From a virus (lineage: Duplodnaviria; Heunggongvirae; Uroviricota; Caudoviricetes): 64,000 bases of DNA. Below are positions 43,127-51,788 of this stretch, one piece after another. Position 1 is the stretch's first letter; each line of letters opens with the position of its first letter. Under the pieces are notes generated by a model that ran no database searches, was not told where the DNA came from, and was given only the letters and a program-made list of their open reading frames with translations. A program made the translations under genes and the position numbers. The stretch spans positions 31,417 to 95,416 of IMG/VR virus record IMGVR_UViG_2757320620_000001; one strand, given 5' to 3'.

Positions 43127-43400
43127 GGCTGTCTTTCGCTACCGCTATTTACCGAGCGGCAACGCAGATGCCTTCCCGGAGATCGATGCTTTCCTGAAGG
43201 AGCGTCAAGTTAAGGCGCAGATTTCAGAGATCAACGGCGGGCGCATGTATCGCGTGCCTGTCGAGGATCTTTCCAAGATGCCCAGCGACGAGCACGGCCC
43301 CTACTTCGGGACCGAGGAGTCTGGCTGGAGCTTCCATCAGGACGATTGGGATTTCATGCGCGTCGCTTGGGGCGGCTCCGAATGGAAGGAGCTCGCATGA
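43119..43400 (+). CDS. hypothetical protein (93 aa)
   Basis: ATG 43119 overlapping the upstream stop. Confidence 0.35.
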   Translation: MTEAVFRYRYLPSGNADAFPEIDAFLKERQVKAQISEINGGRMYRVPVEDLSKMPSDEHGPYFGTEESGWSFHQDDWDFMRVAWGGSEWKELA

Positions 43401-43531
43401 CGGCAGTCGGCCAATACGACCCAAAGCTCGGGCGCGACCGCACCCATAGCGACGATTTTTACGATCACCGCAAACTGGTCCAGGAGCGCATCACTGACGC
43501 CCTGCGCCGTGAAAAGGAAGGAAAGAAGTGA
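43397..43531 (+). CDS. hypothetical protein (44 aa)
   Basis: ATGA-coupled. Confidence 0.25.
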   Translation: MTAVGQYDPKLGRDRTHSDDFYDHRKLVQERITDALRREKEGKK

Positions 43532-44985
43532 GCAATATCTCTGGGAAGACCCTCGTCGCGTGGGGCCTCGAGCCTGGCGCCTGGTTCAAGGACGCTCTGC
43601 CAGTCGCCAATGCGATGCGCGCCGAGGGCAAGACCGATCGCCAGATCATCGACCACCTCTTCACGCTGCGCGTCATGCCCAACGTGACTGAAGGCGTGCC
43701 GCTGCGCACGAACTCCATCCCGTTCGGTCGCTTCATCGAGCCGGAGAGCGAGGACGAGATCCTAAACACTGCGTCGGTCATTGCGCACATGGATGCGCTG
43801 CTGCGCACCCCGACGATCGTCAAGGGCGCGGTTATGCCTGACGCCTGCCCTTCCGGCAGCCAGATGGGCACGATTCCCGTCGGTGGCGTCGTGGCGACCA
43901 AAGACGCGATCCATCCGGGCTTCCACTCGGCCGATATCTGCTGCTCCGTCGCCATGAGCGTCTTCAAGCGCAACAACGACACCGGCAACGTCATGACCGC
44001 GGCGATGAAAGCGACCCACTTTGGTCCCGGCGCCCGGCCGGACAGCAAGGATATCCCGTCGGCCTTCACGCCGATCCTCGGCCAGATCATCGCCAAGTTC
44101 GACAGCAACCCGTTCCTGCGCGGCCTCGAGGATATCGCGGTCGAGCACTTCATGACCCAGGGTGACGGCAATCACTTCCTGTTCGTCGGCGAGCTGGAGA
44201 GCACGAAGCAGATGGCGATCGTCACGCATCACGGCTCGCGCGGCCTCGGCGCCCAGCTCTACAAGCGCGGCAAGCGGGTCGCAGAGAAGCACACGCGCAT
44301 CGTCGCGCCGCGCGTCCCGCTGCACAACGCCTGGATCGACGCCAACAGCGAAGACGGCCAGGCCTACTGGGACGCCTTGCAGATCATCCGGCTGTGGACG
44401 AAATACAATCACTTCGGCATCCACCAGCTGATCTCGCACTATCTCGGCAACGCGATTGTCGACCAGGTCTGGAACGAGCACAATTTCGTCTTCCGGCGCG
44501 CCGACGGGCTCTACTACCACGGCAAGGGCGCGACGCCCTCCTATGACGGCTTTGCCGCTGATGACCAGGGTCTGACGCTGATCCCGCTCAACATGGCGCA
44601 GCCGATCCTCGTCACCAAGCACGCCAACAACGAGGACGCGCTCGGCTTTGCCCCGCACGGCGCCGGCCGCAATCTGTCACGCACGGCGCACCTGAAGCGC
44701 CTGGCAGCTGCATACGGCTCTGACGACCGCGGCTTGAGCCCGCGCGACGTGTCGACCCAGATGGTCAAGGAGACGGCCGGCCTCGACGTGCGCTTCTACA
44801 CCGGCTTTGCCGACCCGTCGGAGTTCCCGTCTGCCTATAAGAGCGCCGACCAGGTGCAGGCGCAGATCAAGCAGCACGGCCTGGCCGAGGTTGTCGATCG
44901 CGTTCTGCCCAAGGGCTCGATCATGGCCGGCGAGATGAAGTGGCAGCGCGCCAAGAAAAAGAAGCCCGAGGTCGTCGCCTCGTAA
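43528..44985 (+). CDS. rtcB: RtcB-family RNA 3'-phosphate ligase
   Basis: Conserved RtcB metal- and GMP-binding residues in context: VMPDACPSG, DICCSV, HHGSRGLG, GDGNHFLF, APHGAGRN. Length 485 aa. Confidence 0.75.
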   Translation: MSNISGKTLVAWGLEPGAWFKDALPVANAMRAEGKTDRQIIDHLFTLRVMPNVTEGVPLRTNSIPFGRFIEPESEDEILNTASVIAHMDALLRTPTIVKGAVMPDACPSGSQMGTIPVGGVVATKDAIHPGFHSADICCSVAMSVFKRNNDTGNVMTAAMKATHFGPGARPDSKDIPSAFTPILGQIIAKFDSNPFLRGLEDIAVEHFMTQGDGNHFLFVGELESTKQMAIVTHHGSRGLGAQLYKRGKRVAEKHTRIVAPRVPLHNAWIDANSEDGQAYWDALQIIRLWTKYNHFGIHQLISHYLGNAIVDQVWNEHNFVFRRADGLYYHGKGATPSYDGFAADDQGLTLIPLNMAQPILVTKHANNEDALGFAPHGAGRNLSRTAHLKRLAAAYGSDDRGLSPRDVSTQMVKETAGLDVRFYTGFADPSEFPSAYKSADQVQAQIKQHGLAEVVDRVLPKGSIMAGEMKWQRAKKKKPEVVAS

Positions 44986-45015
44986 GGCGAGATATAACGT
45001 TTAAGCAACAGACCA

Positions 45016-45048
45016 AGGCGGCGCATCCCAGGCGCCGCCTTTCTCATG
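45016..45048 (+). terminator. rho-independent terminator after rtcB (AGGCGGCGC-loop-GCGCCGCCT + TTTCTCATGTT)
   Basis: 9 bp GC stem (45016-45024 / 45032-45040) followed by a T-rich tail. Confidence 0.55.
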
Positions 45049-45157
45049 TTCAGATAGCATTCATGCAATATGTTGCATATACCGCCGACGTGCTCCAGTA
45101 GAGCGCCTAGTAATAATGCGCGATAATTCTTCTGTTATTCAACGGAGAGCTTTGCGC

Positions 45158-45451
45158 ATGGCATTTATATACGATGAAAGCGTTCGCGGCAGCGCCAGCA
45201 ATATTTCCATCGACAAAATGGACGGCACAAAAGCGTATCTGCGCCACTATGAAAATAAGCTGACGCTGACGTTCTTTGCCGAGCGCGGATCGCGGCTCGA
45301 GCGTTGGCAGGCGGAAAAAGAGCTGGTGATATGTGAGCGCAAACTGAAGTTCTGGGAAAAACATCCTAACTTCGTGGGTGCTTTGGCGCGCGCAGGCATG
45401 GAGAAGCTCAACCATGACTGGAAAGGAAGGGGCGCTATGCCGCGCCCCTAG
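45158..45451 (+). CDS. hypothetical protein (97 aa), lower-GC codon usage
   Basis: ATG 45158 with an AACGGAGAG RBS. Lies in an AT-richer island. Confidence 0.4.
   Translation: MAFIYDESVRGSASNISIDKMDGTKAYLRHYENKLTLTFFAERGSRLERWQAEKELVICERKLKFWEKHPNFVGALARAGMEKLNHDWKGRGAMPRP
45429..45448. terminator. bidirectional hairpin between convergent genes (GGGGCGC-TATGCC-GCGCCCC)
   Basis: 7 bp GC stem between the 3' ends of 45158..45451 (+) and 45464..45694 (-). Confidence 0.35.
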
Positions 45452-45463
45452 CCTGCAGGGGTT

Positions 45464-45694
45464 TTAGGCGGCGATTGTGAGGTTGTCGGCGAGGCCTGAT
45501 TGCTGATAAGCGGGGGAAAGGTTCGCGCCGAAAATGACCAGCTCTCTCGTTGCATCCTCAAGGCCGAAGGACGATTGCGCCTCGTAGCCGGGTAAATCGA
45601 ATTCTATGCCGCGCTCTTCGAAGAACCGAGCCGCGTGCTCGAGGAGGGAGGCTTTTAGGTCATGCGCGATTTCGTCAAAGGCTCGCCGGGTCAT
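45464..45694 (-). CDS. hypothetical protein (76 aa), one of the few minus-strand genes
   Basis: Not shadowed by a + strand gene. Flanked by an AT-rich non-coding stretch (45695-45959). Confidence 0.4.
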   Translation of the reverse strand: MTRRAFDEIAHDLKASLLEHAARFFEERGIEFDLPGYEAQSSFGLEDATRELVIFGANLSPAYQQSGLADNLTIAA

Positions 45695-45959
45695 TCCTGT
45701 ATTTCCTTTTCATCATGTAACGCTCTTAGGACTTCATTCCTAAGCTACCATGGGGTGATCACGCAACCCAACATTTTCTCTTGTGTGGAGAGAGGCACAG
45801 AACTTGTGCAACCGTCAGATAGCCCAGGGCGAATCGGCACACAAGCAGAACCGCTAAAATTCTCATGCATCCCGATGTCTAACTAACTATTCTAACTTAG
45901 TCACTAAACAACTTTTAGGTAACACCATCCCTAAAAGTAATGAGTAGGAAAGGAATAAA

Positions 45960-46286
45960 ATGATCACCAACGCCCTGGAGAAAATGACGGCTGAAATCGG
46001 GCGGGAGCCCGCTGCACGGGCATTTCACCTCAACAATGGCGACTGTGGGTTGGTCATCCGTAAGGATGGAACGACCGAAATGTTCCAGCAAGGTTTTTGC
46101 ATAGCTGGTTTGCAGCAAACGCATAGCACAATGTCGGCAGAAGACAAACAGGCGCTGCTCAATGGACAGACGCTGATGGTGCTTAGCATTGTTGCTGCGT
46201 CGCCGGAACTGCAAAGTTCGATTCTCGCCGTCGCAATCAACCAGGGGGCGGTCGATATTCCCACCGCAAACGCCAATGCCGCATAG
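45960..46286 (+). CDS. hypothetical protein (108 aa)
   Basis: GGAAAGGAATAAA RBS. Confidence 0.45.
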   Translation: MITNALEKMTAEIGREPAARAFHLNNGDCGLVIRKDGTTEMFQQGFCIAGLQQTHSTMSAEDKQALLNGQTLMVLSIVAASPELQSSILAVAINQGAVDIPTANANAA

Positions 46287-46689
46287 GAAGCGCCTGCGGG
46301 ACCACCTCAACACGATACCGATCGAAGACCGCACCGGCGAGGCGATCATCGAGGCTATTCGGACCTGTCTCACCAAGTTCCCGGACCTGATCGAGGAGAT
46401 CCTGCCGGGCAAGCGCCTGGTCCGCGTCCGCATGACGCCGGCCGAGCGCACCAAGGTCGCCGCAAAGGCAGCAGCGGTCGCGTCCAAGATCGAGGCCGAT
46501 AAGCGGCACGCCCTGGTCCTGCCGATCATCGACAAGATCCTGAAGGACGATCCGGATGCCTCGCTTGCGGATATCAAGAAGGTGCTGGACAATAGTGACA
46601 TCACGCCTGTCCGGTCGGCCAAATGGAGCCGGGCGACGATCAACTACATCATGACGAAAGCCAACCTTCGTGCAAAAGATCAATCGTAA
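46277..46689 (+). CDS. hypothetical protein (about 137 aa)
   Basis: ATG 46277 overlaps the upstream stop by 10 nt. The ORF-track frame 46189..46689 is trimmed. Confidence 0.35.
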
Positions 46690-46918
46690 GCGCCTCGAGT
46701 TCGCCTGTAATGCGTTCCTCACCTCGATGACGCGGCAGTTCTTCGCGCTCAATCCTGACGCTACCGAGTGTCCGGTGAAGCCGCTGACCGAATACCCCGA
46801 GGATCAACGCAGCGCGCTGATGCGCTCGGTCGGCGCGGCGCTGAAAAGCACCGATACCGACGGCGATGCGGCTTTCGAAGCCTGGGTGGCGCAACAGCAG
46901 TCTGCCCAGGCCGCTTAG
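46670..46918 (+). CDS. hypothetical protein (82 aa)
   Basis: Alternative (GTG) start. Weak call. Confidence 0.3.
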   Translation: MQKINRKRLEFACNAFLTSMTRQFFALNPDATECPVKPLTEYPEDQRSALMRSVGAALKSTDTDGDAAFEAWVAQQQSAQAA

Positions 46919-46930
46919 TTTAGGCTGCAT

Positions 46931-46952
46931 GGTCAGTAAAAATTGATTGACC
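46931..46952. promoter_or_regulatory. motif copy (GGTCAGTAAAAATTGATTGACC), extended palindrome
   Basis: Upstream of ORF 46999. Confidence 0.5.
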
Positions 46953-46998
46953 GCGATCACGCGCCGCGCTATCAGCAGATCAACAACGGAGATTCCAC

Positions 46999-47550
46999 AT
47001 GGCTAACACCAGCCTGCCGGCGAAGCTTACCGACCTCCAGCAACACATGCTCTCGATGGTCGACCACATGCTGAAGCAATACGGCCAACCCGGCTCCACC
47101 TCGATCTTCTCGCCGGCGCGGCGCCACGGCAAGTCCCTGGCAATGAAGGCGATCACGACGAATGCAGTCGCGGGTCTCAACCCGACAATGATAACTGTCG
47201 ATGAGTGGACGAGCGTTTTCAACGAGCCTGTCAGCGCCAGCGAATTGACCTCGGTTTTGATACCTGAGTTCAAGGCCGTCGGCCCCGAGGTTACGCTCGA
47301 CGATCCGAAGTGGCCGGGCAGCCGGATCGAGATCTGGCGCAAGGAGACCGAGAAGCGCGATCCGCGCCACCCTAATCCGAAGGCCGGCCGGATCGTCCGC
47401 TACGAGATCCGCGGCGAGCACGCCGAGGGCGAAAGGGAACTCCATAGTCTCGATGTCGCCCGGCGCCGCGCCCAGATGCTGCACGAGCGCGCCATCAAGC
47501 GTATCCAGCGCCAGATGCAGGCAGCAAACCCGATGTTCGGCCGCTTCTAG
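46999..47550 (+). CDS. hypothetical protein ending in ...NPMFGRF
   Basis: Preceded by the motif at 46931-46952. Carries the C-terminal tail shared with four other ORFs. Confidence 0.5.
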   Translation: MANTSLPAKLTDLQQHMLSMVDHMLKQYGQPGSTSIFSPARRHGKSLAMKAITTNAVAGLNPTMITVDEWTSVFNEPVSASELTSVLIPEFKAVGPEVTLDDPKWPGSRIEIWRKETEKRDPRHPNPKAGRIVRYEIRGEHAEGERELHSLDVARRRAQMLHERAIKRIQRQMQAANPMFGRF

Positions 47551-47587
47551 CCACAACGATCCTACCGCGTTCCTGCGTGCGTTGTGC

Positions 47588-47612
47588 GATAAATAAACAT
47601 TGATTGATTATC
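47588..47612. promoter_or_regulatory. motif copy (GATAAATAAACATTGATTGATTATC)
   Basis: Upstream of the alarmone hydrolase gene. Confidence 0.45.
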
Positions 47613-47623
47613 AGGAGATCAGG

Positions 47624-48181
47624 ATGGTTTACTCGATCTATGGCGCGCAGATGATTGCGCGCGCCCAGGCCTTTGCGACTGCCGCGCATCATGCGATCGA
47701 CCAGCGCCGCAAATTCACCAACGAGCCCTATATCGTCCATCCTGGCGCCGTTGCCGCGATCATTCAGGCGCTGCCGGATCACACCTGGCAGCAGGTCGTT
47801 TGGGCTTGGCTGCACGACACGGTCGAGGACACGGCGATCACGCTCGATGTCGTCGAGAAGGCCTTCAACCACGAGATCCGCTATGGCCTCGAATACCTGA
47901 CCAATGTCGAGCGCGAGGCCGGCAACCGTAAGCATCGGCACCGGTTGAACGTCGACCGGCTGGCGCGCGCGCCTGCCCGCGTCCAGACCGTCAAGATCGC
48001 CGACATCAAGGACAACACCAAGAACATCGCCGCGCTCGGCGGTTCGTTCGGCCCGGTCTTCCTCGAGGAGAAGCTCGACGCGATGATCGCTCTCACCTTC
48101 GGCGACCAGGTGCTTTGGTCGCTGACGATGGATCAAATTCTCAAACAGAAAGAGGAGATCGCCCATGCCAAAGAAGCGTGA
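47624..48181 (+). CDS. small alarmone hydrolase (SpoT/Mesh1-like HD domain, (p)ppGpp hydrolase)
   Basis: H-x3-VA...LHDTVEDT is the (p)ppGpp-hydrolase HD signature. There is no synthetase domain. AGGAGATCAGG RBS. Preceded by the motif at 47588-47612. Confidence 0.6.
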   Translation: MVYSIYGAQMIARAQAFATAAHHAIDQRRKFTNEPYIVHPGAVAAIIQALPDHTWQQVVWAWLHDTVEDTAITLDVVEKAFNHEIRYGLEYLTNVEREAGNRKHRHRLNVDRLARAPARVQTVKIADIKDNTKNIAALGGSFGPVFLEEKLDAMIALTFGDQVLWSLTMDQILKQKEEIAHAKEA

Positions 48182-48377
48182 AGCGCCGACGTTCCGCAGC
48201 TATCTGCAATGCACCGACTGCGGCCACGTCACCACGGTCAACACCGTGCCGTTCTCCATCGTCAAGCCGAGCCGGCGTCTGGAGTGCAGCTGCGAGGACT
48301 ATAGCGTGCGCTCGATCTCGGAAGAGGAAGGCTTTGACGCGATTGTGCGCCAGCAGGTCGAGGGCGTTGCGGCATGA
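48165..48377 (+). CDS. small zinc-ribbon protein (CTDCG ... CSCED)
   Basis: 70 aa with two Cys pairs. Confidence 0.4.
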   Translation: MPKKREAPTFRSYLQCTDCGHVTTVNTVPFSIVKPSRRLECSCEDYSVRSISEEEGFDAIVRQQVEGVAA

Positions 48378-48739
48378 GTGTCTCGATCGTCACCCTCTCC
48401 TGCGGCTGCTTCATCGCCGGCCGGGATTTCCACTCATGCGCCGGCCACGAGAATAGCGAGCCGAACGGCATCGAGACCAAACAGGTCGAGATCCGCCTCG
48501 AAAATACCTGCGGCGCCTGCCCCGAGCAGTATGACGCCTTCTTCGGCGACGAGATGGTCGGCTATCTGCGTCTGCGGCATGGCTATTTTCGCGTCGAATA
48601 TCCGGACATCGGTGGTGACGTAATCCTCGACGGTCATCCCGTGGGCGACGGCTGCTTCGATCCGGACGAGCGCGACGAATGGCTGAACAGGGCGAAGACA
48701 GCGATCGCCGCCCGCCTGGTCAAGGAGGGAAAGGTCTGA
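48374..48739 (+). CDS. hypothetical Cys/His-rich protein (121 aa)
   Basis: ATGA-coupled. Clusters CGC...HSCAGH...CGACPE. Confidence 0.4.
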   Translation: MSVSIVTLSCGCFIAGRDFHSCAGHENSEPNGIETKQVEIRLENTCGACPEQYDAFFGDEMVGYLRLRHGYFRVEYPDIGGDVILDGHPVGDGCFDPDERDEWLNRAKTAIAARLVKEGKV

Positions 48740-48933
48740 TGAAGAAGCAGCACAACCGGCAACGCCCGAACCAGAAGAAACAGCGTCAGAAATCGACACA
48801 GCGAGTCACCAGCGCGATCCGTCGCAATGCGTGGCCGACAGCTTATCAATTCGGGAGCTCGCTTCAAATGGCTTCTCTCGCATTGGCTATGGGCTGGGTC
48901 GGTATCGACAGACTCCAGGAGCGGACGCGATGA
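48739..48933 (+). CDS. hypothetical basic protein (64 aa)
   Basis: TGATG-coupled. Confidence 0.3.
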   Translation: MKKQHNRQRPNQKKQRQKSTQRVTSAIRRNAWPTAYQFGSSLQMASLALAMGWVGIDRLQERTR

Positions 48934-49370
48934 ACTGGACCTCATCCAATGAGCACGAGCGTTTCAAGCACAAGGACTGGCAGTATCTGGTCCAGACCGA
49001 GCAACTGAAGCTCTCCTATCACGACTGGGTCGTCGCTCAGGTCGACGAATGGACGTCCGACGTCCGGGCGCTGAACGACAAGCTCCGGCGCGGGCAGACT
49101 AGCGGGACGATTGCGATCGCCGGCGCTCTGGCAAATGCGGAGCAAGAGGAGATCCTCGCCGCTGCGCGTCAGGTGATGGACTACGCCGCCTTCGACCCGA
49201 AGGACGATCCCCATAACGAGCACGACTTCGGCTCCTTTGAGATCGAGGGCCAGCGCTACATGTGGAAGATCGACTATTACGATCTGGCGATGGAGAACCT
49301 GTCGGAGAATCCGGCCGATCCCAAAGTGACGAACCGCGTGCTGACGATCTTCTACGCCGAGGATTACTGA
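48930..49370 (+). CDS. hypothetical protein (146 aa)
   Basis: ATGA-coupled. Confidence 0.4.
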   Translation: MNWTSSNEHERFKHKDWQYLVQTEQLKLSYHDWVVAQVDEWTSDVRALNDKLRRGQTSGTIAIAGALANAEQEEILAAARQVMDYAAFDPKDDPHNEHDFGSFEIEGQRYMWKIDYYDLAMENLSENPADPKVTNRVLTIFYAEDY

Positions 49371-49699
49371 TGATCCAGGAGGCGGTTCTCGATTCGCTCG
49401 AAGGCGATCGTTACATCGGCTTCCTGGTCGAACAGGAAGAGTGGCGCGATGTCATCAACAGCTATGGATTTGCCGAAACGAAGCTTGTCGGTAAGAATTG
49501 GATCTGGCGCATCACCGATCGCCTGACCGGCAACACCACGGAGGGACCGATTCCTTCAGGCACGGAAGCCGAGGTTCAAGCCTTCTTCGAAGAGACCTGG
49601 GCGCAGTTCAATAATAGCCCCTATCGGCCACCCGTGCCGGAAGTGCCGATCGTCCCCGTGGACCCTTACGCGAGCCACCCCAACTACGGGCGGTTCTAG
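49371..49699 (+). CDS. hypothetical protein ending in ...HPNYGRF
   Basis: TGATG-coupled. Carries the shared C-terminal tail. Confidence 0.45.
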
Positions 49700-49773
49700 C
49701 TACCGAACGCTCCCGAGTGCAGCCCTGACGCTCGCATGCAATAACAGAATGTAAACAGCAGCTTAGAGGTTAC

Positions 49774-50028
49774 ATGAAGCTTTTCAATTGCCTTTCGAAG
49801 AAGACGCAGGCCGCCCTTGAGAGCATAGGTGATTGCTGGCGCCTTGAGTTAGGCCGCAAGCATATTCGGATCTTCGTCCACGACACCCTAGCGGCGTCGG
49901 CACCGAGAAAGCTCCGCGGCGACGGCGACGGTGGTTACCGCGCGGAGCTCAACGTGGTTTCCCAGATTCGCCGCGCCGCTCGAGGAGAGGCAACGTCGCG
50001 GCGCACGGACTTGACGTCTGCCACATAA
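49774..50028 (+). CDS. hypothetical protein (84 aa)
   Basis: AGAGGTTAC RBS. Confidence 0.35.
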   Translation: MKLFNCLSKKTQAALESIGDCWRLELGRKHIRIFVHDTLAASAPRKLRGDGDGGYRAELNVVSQIRRAARGEATSRRTDLTSAT

Positions 50029-50065
50029 ATCCTGCCGCAATCCTTGTCGCATCGTGCGACATTTG

Positions 50066-50086
50066 ATAAGTCAACATTGATTGAGG
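50066..50086. promoter_or_regulatory. motif copy (ATAAGTCAACATTGATTGAGG)
   Basis: Upstream of ORF 50095. Preceded by the palindrome GTCGCATCGTGCGAC. Confidence 0.45.
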
Positions 50087-50094
50087 AAACGCAC

Positions 50095-50304
50095 ATGCCG
50101 AAGAACGCAGCGCAGAAGATCCAGCCGGTGGTCATAGACCTGAACGGCACCAACGAGAAGGGCGAGCCGACCTTCGCCGGCTACACCGTTTTCCAGGCGA
50201 CGCAGATCGCCTGCGAGAGCAGCAGCCCCAACGCCCTCGAGTGGCTCAAGGCCTGGTGGAATGCCGACCTGACCGCGATGAACACGACACCGGAGAGCTA
50301 CTGA
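50095..50304 (+). CDS. hypothetical protein (69 aa)
   Basis: Motif at 50066-50086, then a GAGGAAACGCAC RBS and ATG 50095. Confidence 0.4.
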   Translation: MPKNAAQKIQPVVIDLNGTNEKGEPTFAGYTVFQATQIACESSSPNALEWLKAWWNADLTAMNTTPESY

Positions 50305-50720
50305 TGCAGGTCACGACCCGCTACCTCAACTTCCCCGCCCTCCTCTACCGCGTCGGCCACGCCGACAGCTCGCAAGGGCTCTGGTATGACGGCGACGGCC
50401 AGGAGACCGGCATCATCCACTCGCTGAAGGACGGCGCTGCTGGTGCGCTGCCGATGGGGCCGCACGAGGTCTTTAAGGCTGACGGCCGGGCATGGATCAG
50501 CGCCACCGACAACCTGCCGGATCTCGGTCGCTGGTTCAGCCATGCCGACATGATCGAGCTGCTCGACCGTGGCTATCAGCTCGAGGAGATCGGCGTTCAC
50601 CGCTATCGCTATCTGCAGTTTGCCACCTACGGGCACCAGGTCTTCTGCGTGGAAGATGTGATCTTCCGGCGCGCCATCGACCCGATGCTGCCATATCAGC
50701 CGGTTCGGAGGGCAGCGTGA
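50304..50720 (+). CDS. hypothetical protein (138 aa)
   Basis: TGATG-coupled. Confidence 0.4.
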   Translation: MQVTTRYLNFPALLYRVGHADSSQGLWYDGDGQETGIIHSLKDGAAGALPMGPHEVFKADGRAWISATDNLPDLGRWFSHADMIELLDRGYQLEEIGVHRYRYLQFATYGHQVFCVEDVIFRRAIDPMLPYQPVRRAA

Positions 50721-50887
50721 GCGAAACCTTCATGAAGATCGTGATCGAGACCGCGCGGCCGCCCTCACCCGACGACCTCAAGCGCATCGAGTGGCAAGTC
50801 GCCGACGCCCTGAAGGCGCTCGAATACACCGGCGAGCCAGAGGGTAATCAAATCACCGGTGCTTTCGTCGTAAAGGAGAAGTCTTGA
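50717..50887 (+). CDS. hypothetical protein (about 56 aa)
   Basis: GTGA-coupled start. Alternative ATG at 50741. Confidence 0.25.
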   Translation: MSETFMKIVIETARPPSPDDLKRIEWQVADALKALEYTGEPEGNQITGAFVVKEKS

Positions 50888-51405
50888 TGGGCGCGCTCGG
50901 CAATCTAACCCGCAAGGTCAAGCGACGCGCTGATCCAGCCAAGTTTGCTCGGCAGGTGCTGCGCAAGGATAGAATCATCATGGATCACCTGGCACGCAGC
51001 GAGCGCCGGCCGGCGACCGGCTTCTATGCCGGCCTGACCGACGAGCAGAAGCGCCTGGTCATGGTGGCGAAGGATGGCTCCGTTCAACTCGACGTGGAAA
51101 TGAGCCGCGCCGAGCTCGAGGAGCGCTCGACCGTCGGCGAGATCCAGCCATCGCACCCGCAGCGATACGAGAGCCACGGCCACGAGACCAAGGGTCGCAT
51201 CTTCAATGGCGAGTGCAATCGATCGGCGTGCGACAACTGGCGCGCCACCTACTACAACGTCATGACCTATTCGTATTATTGCCGGCCGTGCGGCTGGGCG
51301 ATCAACGAAGCGCCGCAAGGCCGCGGCAAGCCGATCTGTATCGAGGTGACGGAGAATCTGACGCACGAGCGCATGGATTATCTCTATCAGGAGCAGTATC
51401 GATGA
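50887..51405 (+). CDS. hypothetical Cys-rich protein (172 aa)
   Basis: Coupled start. NGECNRSACDNW...YYCRPCGW. Confidence 0.4.
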   Translation: MGALGNLTRKVKRRADPAKFARQVLRKDRIIMDHLARSERRPATGFYAGLTDEQKRLVMVAKDGSVQLDVEMSRAELEERSTVGEIQPSHPQRYESHGHETKGRIFNGECNRSACDNWRATYYNVMTYSYYCRPCGWAINEAPQGRGKPICIEVTENLTHERMDYLYQEQYR

Positions 51406-51788
51406 GGGTCGTCCAGCGCATGCTCAACGACCTGCACAGCGACCTCGGGTGCGGCGGCTCCCGTGGCGACTTCACAAACGACATATGGACCGTGACCTGG
51501 CGCTTTGGCGTCAAGCGCATCGAAGATAAGGCGCGCGACAACGTCTTCTCGATCCACAATGTCACCTTGGCCGAGAGGCACCGCGGCCGCGGGTATTTCA
51601 CCGACCTGCTGCGGCGTCTGGATGAGCACCCGGAACTGGGCGGCCAGCGCTTCGATTGGATCTACCTCGAGCAGGTGAACTACCGGCTCGCCGGCCACCT
51701 CGAGCGCGAGCTCCACTACAAATCCGAGTTTGGCATGGTGATCGACTGCTGGCGCCGGGTAACCGGGCAATTGGAGATGAAGCTGTGA
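51402..51788 (+). CDS. putative GNAT-family acetyltransferase
   Basis: IHNVTLAERHRGRGYFTDLLRRL resembles the acetyl-CoA binding motif A (R/Q-x-x-G-x-G/A). ATGA-coupled. Confidence 0.35.
   Translation: MRVVQRMLNDLHSDLGCGGSRGDFTNDIWTVTWRFGVKRIEDKARDNVFSIHNVTLAERHRGRGYFTDLLRRLDEHPELGGQRFDWIYLEQVNYRLAGHLERELHYKSEFGMVIDCWRRVTGQLEMKL

Noticed and set aside
43660-43700. Internal PFGRF in RtcB (NSIPFGRF), a possible sixth GRF-tail protein
   Set aside because: It is internal rather than C-terminal and sits in a conserved enzyme. It is noted only as a possible coincidental or weakly related occurrence.
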